Source of the DNA: Planctomycetota bacterium
GTDB lineage: Bacteria > Planctomycetota > Planctomycetia > Planctomycetales > Planctomycetaceae
Direction: 5' to 3'
NCBI GenBank assembly: GCA_027622115.1
Contig: JAQBZS010000001.1
Span: 1 to 38,487, forward strand
DNA: 38,487 nucleotides
The number at the start of each line of letters is the position of its first letter. Positions within the stretch are counted from its first letter, which is position 1. Shown in pieces: positions 10,425 to 20,888 of this stretch. The notes beneath the pieces were generated by a model. It saw nothing but the letters and a program-made list of their open reading frames with translations, was not told where the DNA came from and ran no database searches. Made by a program: the position numbers and the translations under genes.

Positions 10425-10943
10425 ATGAAAACGACAATTGCACTCATGACCGCTGTGGGCCTGACCGGCTTGATGCTTGGCTGCGGCGATGCCAAGTCGG
10501 GTTCCAAGTCGGATTCCAAGTCCGCTTCCGCAGCACCGGCCGCTCATCCCACCGAAGGCCCGCATCATGGGCATCTCATCGAACTTGGAAAGGAAGAGTA
10601 CCATGCTGAAGTCACGCATCCGGAAGACGAGAAAGCCATCACCATTTACGTCCTCGATGCTTCCGCCACGAAAGCCGTCCCGATCGATGCGGCGGATGTC
10701 GTGATCAACGTCTCGCACGATGGAACTCCGGAACAATTCAAGCTGACGGCATCTCCCGACACGGGTGATCCGGCAGGCAAGTCCTCGCGATTCGTCTCCA
10801 CGGACGCAGAGTTGGTGGAACACTTCGGCGAGGCATTCATTCACGGGACATTGGTACTGACGATCAACGGCAAATCGTTCCGCGGCGAAATCGACATCCA
10901 TCACGACGGCAAGCCGCATGACCACAAGACGAACAAGGACTAA
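10425..10943 (+). CDS. His-rich lipoprotein, putative metal-binding accessory of the efflux cluster
   Basis: Lipobox LMLGC; GPHHGHLIELG..YHAE motif; C-terminal HHDGKPHDH. Confidence 0.75.
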   Translation: MKTTIALMTAVGLTGLMLGCGDAKSGSKSDSKSASAAPAAHPTEGPHHGHLIELGKEEYHAEVTHPEDEKAITIYVLDASATKAVPIDAADVVINVSHDGTPEQFKLTASPDTGDPAGKSSRFVSTDAELVEHFGEAFIHGTLVLTINGKSFRGEIDIHHDGKPHDHKTNKD

Positions 10944-11169
10944 CTAAACCACACTAACCTGAACCCCTAGGCGTCGCCGTCGGCCCACAGCACTTGATTG
11001 CCGAGCGGGCCGTCGCTGTGATTGAGCAGCGTCATCATTTCCCGAGTCGCTGCGATGCCGTCTCGTGAATCCCAGGGCTTGAGTGTGTTGTCAGATGAGG
11101 CGGAGAGTCGACATCACAGATCATCACAGATCGCCACGATGCCGCCCAACATCTTGACGCTCGCGATGC

Positions 11170-12552
11170 TCAAGCCATGAACTGCTCGATCGCGCCCGTT
11201 TGTTGCATCTTCTTGCGCGACATCTCCAGATCGAGATCGCCGTAATGCTCGATCGGATTGCCATAGGCGTTTAGGAGTGTTGTGAACCAGTTACTCAGCG
11301 TCTTATGCCCTGCGGTCGCATGGAACGGCAAGCGAATATACCGGCCAGCAATATCCAGCTTCGATTTCTTGCCCGTCATGACCACCATCGGCGCTTCGGT
11401 ATCAGGCCCGTGGTGTCCGCCTCCTGTTTCCGGGAAATAGATGATCGTCGTGTTGTCGAACATGCTGCCGTTGCCTTCGGGAATGGATTTCAGCTTCGTA
11501 ACGATCTTCGCGACCTGAGCCATATGGCTGGCCTTGACAATGCCTCTAAGTTCAATATCCGTGCTGTGTCCCAAGCGGTGAAGATCCACTCGACCGGAAT
11601 TACCGGGTAGCGTCGTAATCGGCGTCCCCAGATCATCAATGGTGTAGGTGACAACGTTTGTTAAACCCGAGATCAGCGCCGCAAGCATGACATCGGTGAA
11701 CGCATCCTGTTTTTCGATGAGGCTGGCATTGGGACCACCGTTGGTGTGGATCGGATCGAGCGTCGGCAGGTTCATGGAGATGACGCGTGAAAGCGAAGCC
11801 ACTTTTTCATTTCGCTCGCGGATCGATCGGATCGAATCGACATGGTTGCTCACTTTTCTCCGCTCTTCACCATCGAGCCCCTTGAGTCGCCGGCCTTCCT
11901 GTTCGCGCAGGTAATCCAGAAGCGTGTTGTCAGAATCGACGGCACTGGAATTCGTGACCGACTTGAACAGTTCGTCGTAAGCGGTTTGAGGGTCGGCGTA
12001 GCAGAAGTTCCGTTGATGCTCGGCTGGTGCCGAGAAGCCGGAGACGATGCCGGTCCTGAACGCCACCGTTCCCGAACCCGAGGCCAAAGACAACTCAACA
12101 TGGCCAAAGGGAGAGGGGAACAGCCTGGCCAGTTCAAAGTCGACGGTCGTTCGCTTGATTCCGCTGATCACGTTTCGACCCGCTTTGTACGCTCCCATAC
12201 ACCCTGAGAATGAATAGTGACCGCCACCGCTCACGGCCATCGAGATGCCGTGTAGAATGGTCATATTCTCCTTGTGGCCGTCCAGCACTCGCAGCCAGCC
12301 CGGAAGCTCGTGCTTGTCGAGGTCTGCCTCAAAGGCTTCCTTATTCTGATCCTTCTTTTTCTGTTCATCAGAGAATGTGGAGAGCGAAAACGTCTTCGGT
12401 AAGTTCCCGTTTGATTTTCTGATAAAGATGAAGCGATGGGGATCTTCGTTTTGACGTTTTGCCGCGAGCAGGTGGTCAAAAGAAGGCGTGATCGCCAGAG
12501 TCCCGGCACCCAGTGCGGAGGATTGCAGAAACTGCCGTCGGTTGGTTGCCAT
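11170..12552 (-). CDS. DUF1552 domain protein (Tat signal)
   Basis: NRRQFL Tat motif; IPEGNGSMFDNT, HxxGH motifs; usual partner of DUF1588 proteins. Confidence 0.85.
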   Translation of the reverse strand: MATNRRQFLQSSALGAGTLAITPSFDHLLAAKRQNEDPHRFIFIRKSNGNLPKTFSLSTFSDEQKKKDQNKEAFEADLDKHELPGWLRVLDGHKENMTILHGISMAVSGGGHYSFSGCMGAYKAGRNVISGIKRTTVDFELARLFPSPFGHVELSLASGSGTVAFRTGIVSGFSAPAEHQRNFCYADPQTAYDELFKSVTNSSAVDSDNTLLDYLREQEGRRLKGLDGEERRKVSNHVDSIRSIRERNEKVASLSRVISMNLPTLDPIHTNGGPNASLIEKQDAFTDVMLAALISGLTNVVTYTIDDLGTPITTLPGNSGRVDLHRLGHSTDIELRGIVKASHMAQVAKIVTKLKSIPEGNGSMFDNTTIIYFPETGGGHHGPDTEAPMVVMTGKKSKLDIAGRYIRLPFHATAGHKTLSNWFTTLLNAYGNPIEHYGDLDLEMSRKKMQQTGAIEQFMA

Positions 12553-12583
12553 GGTTTAGTTCCTTCGTAGTAGTTTAGTTTTC

Positions 12584-12645
12584 GTAGCCACGCTCGCCAG
12601 AGCGTGGTTTGGCTACGCGATCCACCGTCCGGCGACGGTAGCTAC
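12584..12645. repeat. GTAG-type REP doublet in inverted orientation
   Basis: GTAGCCACGCTCGCCAGAGCGTGG ... CCACCGTCCGGCGACGGTAGCTAC; each unit is itself palindromic. Confidence 0.8.
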
Positions 12646-15600
12646 ATGTTCTTGCGGTAGATGAATGAATCGGATGTTAAGAGTGATACGATGACCGCGT
12701 CGAAGCTGCCGCCGCTGTCGAGGTAGGCCCGTTCCGCATCGATCAAAGTCTTTGAATCCGACAGCACTTCGTTACGCCCCAGAAAATAGCGAAAGGCGTG
12801 GCGGATGATGGACTGCCGGACCCTTGCGGACTTCGCCAGTCGCTCAGCCAGCTCAATCGCATCATTAACTTTGCCATCGAGCGACGGATCGTCCGTGCCA
12901 TCGAGGACGCCCTCGGGATCGACCGGCAGCGTCTTGTAGGTCGGTCGACCGTCGACATGTAGGCCCCTTTCTCGGGAAGCCGGTTTGATCAGATTCTCTG
13001 GATGTTCGATGCGTTCCTGCGTGCGGAAGCGGCCGAAGTCGTCGTACATCTCGAACGGCAAGCCCAGTGGATTCATTTTCTTGTGGCAATTCCAGCAGTA
13101 GTCATTGCCGGTTGCCTTGTCGAGCCGCTGACGTAGCGTCTTGTGATGGTCCTCCGGGACAACTGCGTCGACTGTGATCGGTATGTCGGGAATCGTGCCG
13201 GCGAGCAGTTTTTCGCGGATCCACTTACCGCGGCGGACCGGGTCGGTCTCCAGGTTCAGCGAGTGGGCGATCAGCCAGGCCGGGTGCGTGAGCATGCCTC
13301 TTCGATTCGGCATCTTTGCCGGCTGAGTCGTGGGATAATCCCAATTCGCGTAATCGATATCGAACAAGCGACCGACATCTTCGCCCCGCATTCGCGTGCC
13401 CGTCCGCGACGCCGCTTCGCCCTTGTTCCAGTAGGCCAATGGAATCCCGTCATAAGGCGCGGCCGCTGTCTGGCCCTTCCCAAAGCGAAACTCGTAGCTT
13501 GTCATCAGGGTTTTGAATGATCGAACCCAGCCCTTGCGGCGTTTGGTTTCGAAGTCTGAGAACAGCGTTCCCATCATCTTCATCTCTTTGATGAAATCCC
13601 AGTGCTCGTAGAGCTGTTCTTCGGTGAAGTTCTTCCAGTCATAGTTTTTGAAGTAGTCGTAGATCGTCCGCAGGCGATCCGATGCGGCTTTCATCGCCTC
13701 ATTGTTGCCCGAGTGGTAGACATAAAACTCTTCGGTGGTTAAGAGTTTTTCAAAGACGTTCTTATCCTTCTGCAGGATATGGTCGACCAGCATGTCGGCC
13801 TCATCGATCAGCCGCCCTTTGACATTGTCATATTGTACTCCGTTACTTAAGCGGGCATCGTCCTTAAAGATGGTCATGGCTTTTGTGTAACCGAAGAACT
13901 CCCTGAAGAACCGTAGCTTTCGGATCGGGGTGTTGGTGATGCTCGCGTTGAATCCGGCCTTTTGGACCGCTTCGTCGATGATGTAATACTGATCCCGCCG
14001 CTTGAGCATGCGGATCACTTCACGCTGATAGTCTTCACGTGTGTTGAGCTGGCCTGCCTTCACCGCAGCGAGCAGTTCGGCGTCAGGGCTGCTGTCTGTC
14101 AGTGCGTAGGCGAGCGCATAACTGGCATCACGCGGCGACATCATGCGTCGACCATGCTCATCGGCGAAGCCCTGCCCGAACTCATGGCGATAGACGACTT
14201 CCGAACTCAGGATCAGTGTCTCAACCAGTTTGGCGATCGCTTGTTGATTACCCAGCGTCTGCATGTACGTCCTGGTCAGCGCGACCTTTTCCTGCGTCTC
14301 TTGCTCTGTTGGCTCGCGCTCATGGATCTTGGCAAAGAGTTCGTCCACCAAGTCGCCGATCTGTTGCTCGTTCGCCTGCCCCGCCGCGATACGCTCGGCC
14401 TTGAACGACGCTTCCCAGTCATTCAGGCACTTTTCGATGATCTGCTTATAACGATCGCCCTGCTTGCGGTGCTTCAGGATCGATGTCGCGATGATTTCCA
14501 TTTCCGCATCAGATAGAGGCTTATATGTCGGCGGCTGAATGTTCTTCTTGCGGATATCTTCGTAAACGAGCGACATATCCCATTGTTTGGCGAGCACATT
14601 CATGATCCGGACGCGCATGCGGACGCGTTTCTCGTGAATGCCGAAGGTAAACCAATCCTGTTCGCACTTCTCGATGACCTGCGCGAGTGTGACGCCTTCT
14701 CGCTTATACATTCCCACGCCGAGATAGATCGCGTGCATATCCTGCGCTTCGTACCGGTCTAGCAAGCCGACATTGTCGCGCTTGATCGAATTGCCCTTCG
14801 AATCGGTGTAGTCCGGTATCTCTTCCACCTGCATCCCGACAAACTTGGGCAGCAGGGATTCGTGTTTTCCTTCGTAGATATCCTTCGTGATTCTCTCGAT
14901 GTGGTTGTTCAGGAATTGCTCCCTCGATCGCAGAGTTTCCCGATGCGCAAGCTCCATCTTCATGATGCGATACATCGCTGGGTAGTGCGTTTGCATCGCC
15001 TGCTCAGAGGACATGTAGGCGGAGATCTTCCGGGCGTTGGAGATCATTGTCAGCAGGTGGCCGCCGGTCAGCGCGGTCGTGTCGTAGTAACGCACGCCGA
15101 TATTCGCCGGCAGGAGGAAGGGGTTGGTGATGCTCTGCCGCAGGCTGTGGCCCCCGAACCTTGTACCGATATTGACTCCGTTGTCGCCGATGACGTTCAT
15201 CTTGACGCCATCAATGGTTCTTACGCCGGGATGGTCAATGAGCCGATTGACCTTCGCATCGAAAATGAACTCGCTGATCAACCATCGGCGGTCGCGCGTG
15301 AAGCCTTTGAGCTGCGCGTACTCTCCGGAGAACAGTTTCTCATGATCGACGTAGTTGCCGTATTCCGGTTTACGAAGTTTCTCGTGCAGCTTGGAAGCGT
15401 TGTGTTTCTTAAGTTCAGCAGATGTCCACGCCAGCATTCGTGACCGCTCTGCCTCCGTCGGTTGCCCGACTTCCGTGGGCGGCATTAGTCCGAAGAACAG
15501 TTGCTCCTGGACTTGATTCAAGAGATCAAGACGCTCGTCCTGTTTCATCCCGGACAGCAAATCCAGCCGCACGGTGCCTTTGGTCGTGTCGGCCCCGTGG

Positions 15601-15734
15601 CAATCGACGCAACGACTCGTCAGGAACGACCGAATGTCATTCGGTACGACGAACGAATCCGATGTATTCTGGCCAAAAGAGGTCGAAATCCACGTCCAGA
15701 CAACGACGAAAACGAAAACTTTGAACGGCTGCAT
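12642..15734 (-). CDS. Planctomycete cytochrome c / DUF1592-DUF1588-DUF1585 protein
   Basis: Signal peptide, CVDCH and CWNCH heme-type motifs, RRGMLTHPAWL, PVRRGKWIREKLL, FRYFLGRNE; start 15734 (ATG) or 15773. Confidence 0.88.
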   Translation of the reverse strand: MQPFKVFVFVVVWTWISTSFGQNTSDSFVVPNDIRSFLTSRCVDCHGADTTKGTVRLDLLSGMKQDERLDLLNQVQEQLFFGLMPPTEVGQPTEAERSRMLAWTSAELKKHNASKLHEKLRKPEYGNYVDHEKLFSGEYAQLKGFTRDRRWLISEFIFDAKVNRLIDHPGVRTIDGVKMNVIGDNGVNIGTRFGGHSLRQSITNPFLLPANIGVRYYDTTALTGGHLLTMISNARKISAYMSSEQAMQTHYPAMYRIMKMELAHRETLRSREQFLNNHIERITKDIYEGKHESLLPKFVGMQVEEIPDYTDSKGNSIKRDNVGLLDRYEAQDMHAIYLGVGMYKREGVTLAQVIEKCEQDWFTFGIHEKRVRMRVRIMNVLAKQWDMSLVYEDIRKKNIQPPTYKPLSDAEMEIIATSILKHRKQGDRYKQIIEKCLNDWEASFKAERIAAGQANEQQIGDLVDELFAKIHEREPTEQETQEKVALTRTYMQTLGNQQAIAKLVETLILSSEVVYRHEFGQGFADEHGRRMMSPRDASYALAYALTDSSPDAELLAAVKAGQLNTREDYQREVIRMLKRRDQYYIIDEAVQKAGFNASITNTPIRKLRFFREFFGYTKAMTIFKDDARLSNGVQYDNVKGRLIDEADMLVDHILQKDKNVFEKLLTTEEFYVYHSGNNEAMKAASDRLRTIYDYFKNYDWKNFTEEQLYEHWDFIKEMKMMGTLFSDFETKRRKGWVRSFKTLMTSYEFRFGKGQTAAAPYDGIPLAYWNKGEAASRTGTRMRGEDVGRLFDIDYANWDYPTTQPAKMPNRRGMLTHPAWLIAHSLNLETDPVRRGKWIREKLLAGTIPDIPITVDAVVPEDHHKTLRQRLDKATGNDYCWNCHKKMNPLGLPFEMYDDFGRFRTQERIEHPENLIKPASRERGLHVDGRPTYKTLPVDPEGVLDGTDDPSLDGKVNDAIELAERLAKSARVRQSIIRHAFRYFLGRNEVLSDSKTLIDAERAYLDSGGSFDAVIVSLLTSDSFIYRKNM

Positions 15735-15781
15735 TTCGATATCTTTGTATTGATTGGCGGCACGTTGCGGCAAAACGTCAC

Positions 15782-16450
15782 TTACTCCTCGGCGATGAGT
15801 TTCTCGATCAGCTTACGCAGGTTCTGAACCTGAAACCGCAGGCTGTTGGGATCTTAACCGGTCTGGAAGGGGTCCACATGGGTCCCCAAGTAGTTTCCGC
15901 CGAAATAACCAGGACGCAACCCGATGCTCATGGCATACGGGATGGCGACGAGAGGCGGCATTCCTTCACGCCGTGCTCCAGCGAGCTGCGTGGCGATGCC
16001 GCCGAAGAACGGATACTTGCCGGCATTCATCGCTCCGCTGACACCGCCTCGGCCGGTCAGCATCCAGTGCCCGCCGGTGAAGTGATCGCCCGAATTGTGA
16101 TGCACGGAACGCAGCAGCGAGAACTTGTCCGCCACTTAGGATTGCAGCGGAAACATCTCCGTGACCTGCATCCCGGGCACGTTTGTCTCGATGGGCCGCC
16201 AAATCCCAGCGTACTCAGTCGGAGCTTCGGGTTTGGGATCGTAAGTGTCGTGCTGGCTGGGGCCGCCATCTAACCAGATCAAGATCACGGAAGTGGATTT
16301 TGAACTACCGGCCTTGCGAGCGGCTTCGCGTGCCTAGAGGATCGACGGCAGCGAAAGCGTGCCCAAACCAGCCATTCCAATTTGCAGGAAACTCCGCCGC
16401 GAGTACCCATCACAATACCGGCGTCGATCCGAACCGTTGATTCTCAACAT
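15782..16450 (-). pseudogene. Truncated DUF1501 pseudogene with three in-frame stops
   Basis: A single frame reads MLRING..SRRSFLQIG..PSIL*ARE..WLDGGPSQHDTYDPKP..PLQS*VADKFSLLRS..PFQTG*DPNS..; stops at 16334 (TAG), 16136 (TAA), 15854 (TAA); C-terminal half absent. Confidence 0.88.
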
Positions 16451-16522
16451 CACCAACCACAGGGAACGATTTGGCAAACACAAGCACCTGATTCTAATTC
16501 GAAAGAACGTTTGGACGCTACT

Positions 16523-16571
16523 CGTGGCTGGGGCTTCCAGCCGCAGCACCGTGGCTGGAACTTCCAGCCGC
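16523..16571. repeat. Tandem pair of REP-like palindromes
   Basis: CGTGGCTGGGGCTTCCAGCCGC and CGTGGCTGGAACTTCCAGCCGC. Confidence 0.7.
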
Positions 16572-16599
16572 CCCCCCACTCGGCCAAAAGTCGAACCGG

Positions 16600-16935
16600 G
16601 CTCCACCACCGCCCCATTCGACCGAGCCGAAGTGCGCGCGGAGAATGGGCACGTACAATGAATTCGATCTCGGCGCGTGGTCACTGCAAGTCGTGGCTGA
16701 CCGGATTGATACAGAGTATGTTGGTGGAGTCGTCACGGTGGAACTGAGCGGTGACATAATCGAGACGACCGCCGGCCATCCCTTCTGGGTCGTTTCCGGC
16801 GTGGGATTGGAACATCGCGGCATACCCGCAGAACTTCAGCAGGGAGAAGACGAAGGACGGGCACTGAAGACAAATGGGTGAGTGCGAGTGAGCTTTTGGA
16901 AGGGGTTTGGCTGTTCTGTTTTGACGGCCGCCGTC
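16600..16935 (+). pseudogene. Degenerate HINT (polymorphic-toxin/BIL-type) domain remnant
   Basis: VVTVELSGDIIETTAGHPFWV (Hint block B TxxHPF), then after a frameshift at ~16872 KWVSASELLEG (WVxAxEL motif). Confidence 0.7.
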
Positions 16936-17185
16936 GGCGAGGCTTCAACTCGGAGACACCCTCCGTTCGCGAAGTCGGCCTCGAAAGGCAAAACAATGAG
17001 CTGCGTCGGACGAAGCCCTTTCATTCACCATCGATTCCGGCACGTTCCAAGACGCCGGCAAGCCAAGTCACCTTACCCGGTCACGGCGTCGGAAAGGCGA
17101 CGGCGGGCGACATGGACGGGCATGGCAACTGATCCTACGTTGATCCAATCACACATCGCTTCTGCATGCCGAGCTTGGAGTCAGC

Positions 17186-20100
17186 ATGACTGACGGGAAG
17201 TCAAGCCTCGACCACCTGGACGGACCGGGTCCGTCGGTCGAATCAGCAACAACGCAGTTCAACAGAGATTGGCAATCCGGGCTGTCGCCACAAATCGAAT
17301 CCGTGTTGGCCGTGCACACCGATCTCGATCAGACTATTCTCCTGCAAAGCCTGCTGCCGGCCGAAATCAGGCAGCGTCAACTGTTGGAAGAGGATGTGGA
17401 TGCCGAGGAGTATGCAGCGCGGTTTCCAGAACACCAGGGCCTGGTCGACGAAGTCTTCGGTAGCGAACCGGCGCTTCCTGAGTTGCCTCCCCCGCCAATC
17501 AGAATTGCAGCGCTCCCGGCAATTAAGGAGTCGCACGGGCAGTTCATTCGGGCGGGTGACAAGTTTGCGTCCTACGTGATTGAGGACGTCGTGGGTTCGG
17601 GAGGCATGGGCGTTGTCTATCGGGCGTTTCACGCTGAACTGGGGCGGACCGTCGCGCTCAAGACCATTCGATTGGATGGAGCCCAGTCCAGGAATGCCGT
17701 CCGTCGATTCCGTGTCGAAGCTCAGGCCGCGGCCAAGCTGGATCATCCTGGCATCGTGCCAGTCTTCGATGTCGGAGAGCAGGACGGCATCCCTTTCTAC
17801 TCAATGGCATTCGTCGACGGCGAGAGCCTCACTGAGAGCGTGAGAAAACAACCCTTGTCGACCAGACGTGCCGCGGAAATCTGTCTGGCGGTTTCCCATG
17901 CGGTCGAGCACGCACACTCGCACGGGATCATCCATCGCGATCTCAAACCACACAACATCCTGATCGGGGCTGACGGACAACCGCGTGTGGCTGACTTCGG
18001 GTTGGCACGAAGCCTGATGGACGACGAGTCGAATCTGACTGTCGACGGTCAGGTGCTGGGGACTCCGGCCTACACGCCGCCCGAACAGGCGGACGGCCGC
18101 GGACGCGAATCGGGACCGGTGGCTGACGTCTACTCCATCGGAGCCATCCTGTACCAGACGTTGGTGGGACGGCCGCCGTTCTATGCGCCCTCGCCCGTTG
18201 AAACTCTCAGGCAGGTGATTGATTCCGAACCGGTGCCCCTGCGGCAGCTCAATCCGCGGATCGATCGCGATCTGGAGACGATCTGTTTGATGTGCTTGGA
18301 GAAGAAGCCCGCGCGACGCTATTCATCGGCCGCGCAATTGGGCGACGACTTGCAAGCCTACTTGGATCATCGACCGATTCTTGCACGGCCGATCGGATGG
18401 CTACGGCGAATTGCAAAGTCCTGTCGTCGCCGGCCGGCCGCCGCGGCACTCATGGGAGCGCTTCTGATTTCGGTTGTCGTCGGTACGTCGATCGCAATCT
18501 GGCTTGCCGCGGAAGCCAACACGCGAGCCAACGAGGCGGTCGCCAATCTCTACGTCGCTCAGATCAATCGCGCCTATCGCGAGTTGGAAAACGGCGACGT
18601 CATCGCTGCCCGTGACCTACTGACGTCGCAACTGCCGGAAGCCACCGGCGGGGTCGACCACCGCGGTTTCGAATGGCACTTTCTGTGGAATCAGTGCCAC
18701 GAATCGCTGCAAGAATTCACCGTGTCGAACTCGGCGATCGGGGCCTTTGCTATCAGTCCGGATGGCACGCGCATCGTCGCAGCGGATTCGCGGTCTGACG
18801 AACTGAGAGTGTGGGACGTTGCCACAGGAAAACTGCAAAACGGTGTCCCGGTGGGGGCGTCTGACACAGTGGATCTCGAATTCAGCCCGGATGGCGCGCG
18901 GCTTGTCACTTGTGGTGCGGGCGGTGAAGTAAACGTGTGGGATTGGACCTCGCGCAAGAAACTGCTGACGCTGACCGAACCGACAGCCGGCGTCCGCTGC
19001 GTCACGTTTAGCGCGGATGGTTCGCTGCTGGCTGCGGGCGGCGGTGTGACCAGAAAACGCGGCGAGCTGTTCGTGTGGCAGATGGAGACTGGCCGGTTGA
19101 AGCGCCAGTTGAGCGGGTTCACGAGTCGCGTCGAAGATGTCACGTTCAGCCCGGACGGGCGATTGCTGGTATCCGCGGCGGGTCCCACCGAAGCCAACGA
19201 TTCAGGCGGTGAAGTCAAAATCTTGAATGTTGAATCCGGGGCGGTCGTTCGATCGCTTGGAAGCGCGGACATTGAGAGCTGTGCCTTTAGCCCGGATGGA
19301 ACACGGCTGGCCGGCGCGAGCGCACATCCGGCCCAGCGTTTGATCTTGGTTTGGGATGTGCAGACTGGCGCTGTGCTTCAACGACTGACCGGCCACAGCA
19401 AACGCATCACCAGCGTCACCTACAGCCCGAGCGGAGACCGGTTGGCATCGGGCAGTGAAGACGGAATGGTCATCATTCGCCATTCGAACAGCGGCCGCGA
19501 ACTGATGAGGATTCGCAGCCCCGAATATCACGTGCAGATGCCGATCCGCTTCACGCCGGACGGCCGCCGGATCGCCACTCATAATCCGGCCAAGATCAGC
19601 CTGTGGAATGCTTGGGCGGATGCCGAGCCATTCGAACATCCCGTCAGCAATGCGATCGTCGGTGGCTGGAACGAATACCTGCAATTCAAGGCGCACTGGA
19701 CGAAAATCGAATGCGTGGCGTTCGCGCCGGATGGCAATCAATTCGCAACCGGCGAAGGACTCGGCCATGTTAAAGTCTGGGACCTTGCAAGCCGTCGACT
19801 GCTTCACGAGTTTGCAGCTGGAAATAGCAACGTGATGGGACTCGCATTCAGTCCAGACGGACAATCGGTGGCGACCGCAATCGGTAACCTCAACGCGAAC
19901 TCAACGCCGTTTGGCGAAGCCGCGATATGGGACGTCGCATCGGGCCGGCGGCGGAAATTGCTTTCGAAACATTCCGTGCCGGCGACGAGTGTCGTGTACA
20001 GCCCGGATGGATCACGGGTTGCTTCCGCCAGCAACGACCGCACATGGCGCGTGTGCGACGCGGATTCCGGGGAGTGTCTGCATGTTGCGACGATGCCACG

Positions 20101-20790
20101 TTGGGTGACGGACATCGCCTATTCATCAATGCGTAATCGGCTCGCGGTGTCGACGGGATCTGGACCAGTCACAGCGGACGAAACTCCGAGTGGCTCGCTG
20201 GAGATTCGGGATGCGAACTCGCTTTCATTGCTCAGCTCGGTTGAATTGTCCGCCCACATCGAGACCATCGCATTTAGCCCCGATAGCGAATCGATCGCTG
20301 CAGGTGCCGGTCCGGATGTGCTGATATTCGAGGCGAAGTCCGGCAAGCAAACGGCAAACTCCGCGGACATTCGGAACAAATCAACGGGTTGGTCTTCAGT
20401 CCGGACGGGACGCGGGTGTTTTCCGGGGCCACCGATCGCAGTGTTCGCGTCTGGCACGTAGAACGCGGCTTGGAATTGCTCAATCTCACTGCGTGGACCG
20501 ACTACTACAAAGTCTCCGACGTCGCGATCAGTAGCGATGGGCGGACATTGATCGCCACTGGCAACGAACTCGTGAAGATCTGGGACAGTCGAAGGCCATC
20601 GGACGAGATGAGCGTCGAGCGCGACGCTGTGAGCCTGCTTCACTTCATGCAACGGCATCGCAAGACGCGCGCGGACGTCATCAAGTCCATTCAGACCGAT
20701 CGCACGATCCGCGAGTCAGTCCGCAAACGAGCACTACAACTCGCGCCGGCCCTCAAGCAACGGCTGAACGAATTCCCCGATGACGGGTGA
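17186..20790 (+). CDS. Ser/Thr protein kinase with WD40 repeats, split by a 1-nt frameshift at ~20356-20358
   Basis: GSGGMG, VALK, HRDLKPHN, DFG; hydrophobic segment; many FSPDG WD40 repeats; LRGHSEQINGLVFSPDG continues in the 20389..20790 frame. Confidence 0.88.
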
Positions 20791-20820
20791 GAATCGGCAA
20801 TACACTGTTTGCGGCGTCCA

Positions 20821-20887
20821 TGACAGAAAGATTGATGACGAAAGATCGATCGCCCGTTTCATTTTTCTGTCATCAATCTTTCTGTCA
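20821..20887. terminator. 19-bp perfect inverted repeat between convergent genes (bidirectional terminator or REP)
   Basis: TGACAGAAAGATTGATGAC (20821-20839) and GTCATCAATCTTTCTGTCA (20869-20887). Confidence 0.6.
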
Positions 20888-20888
20888 G

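Noticed and set aside
15782..16450. Stop-codon recoding (Sec/Pyl) of the DUF1501 in-frame stops, prompted by selB
   Set aside because: The stops are TAG, TAA and TAA, not TGA; neighbouring genes use all three stops normally; the gene is also truncated
16523..16571. Mini CRISPR array
   Set aside because: Only two ~22-bp units separated by ~5 bp, with no spacers and no cas genes
17095..17132. AGDMDGHG, a possible FG-GAP fragment upstream of the kinase
   Set aside because: A single short motif followed by a stop; could be chance
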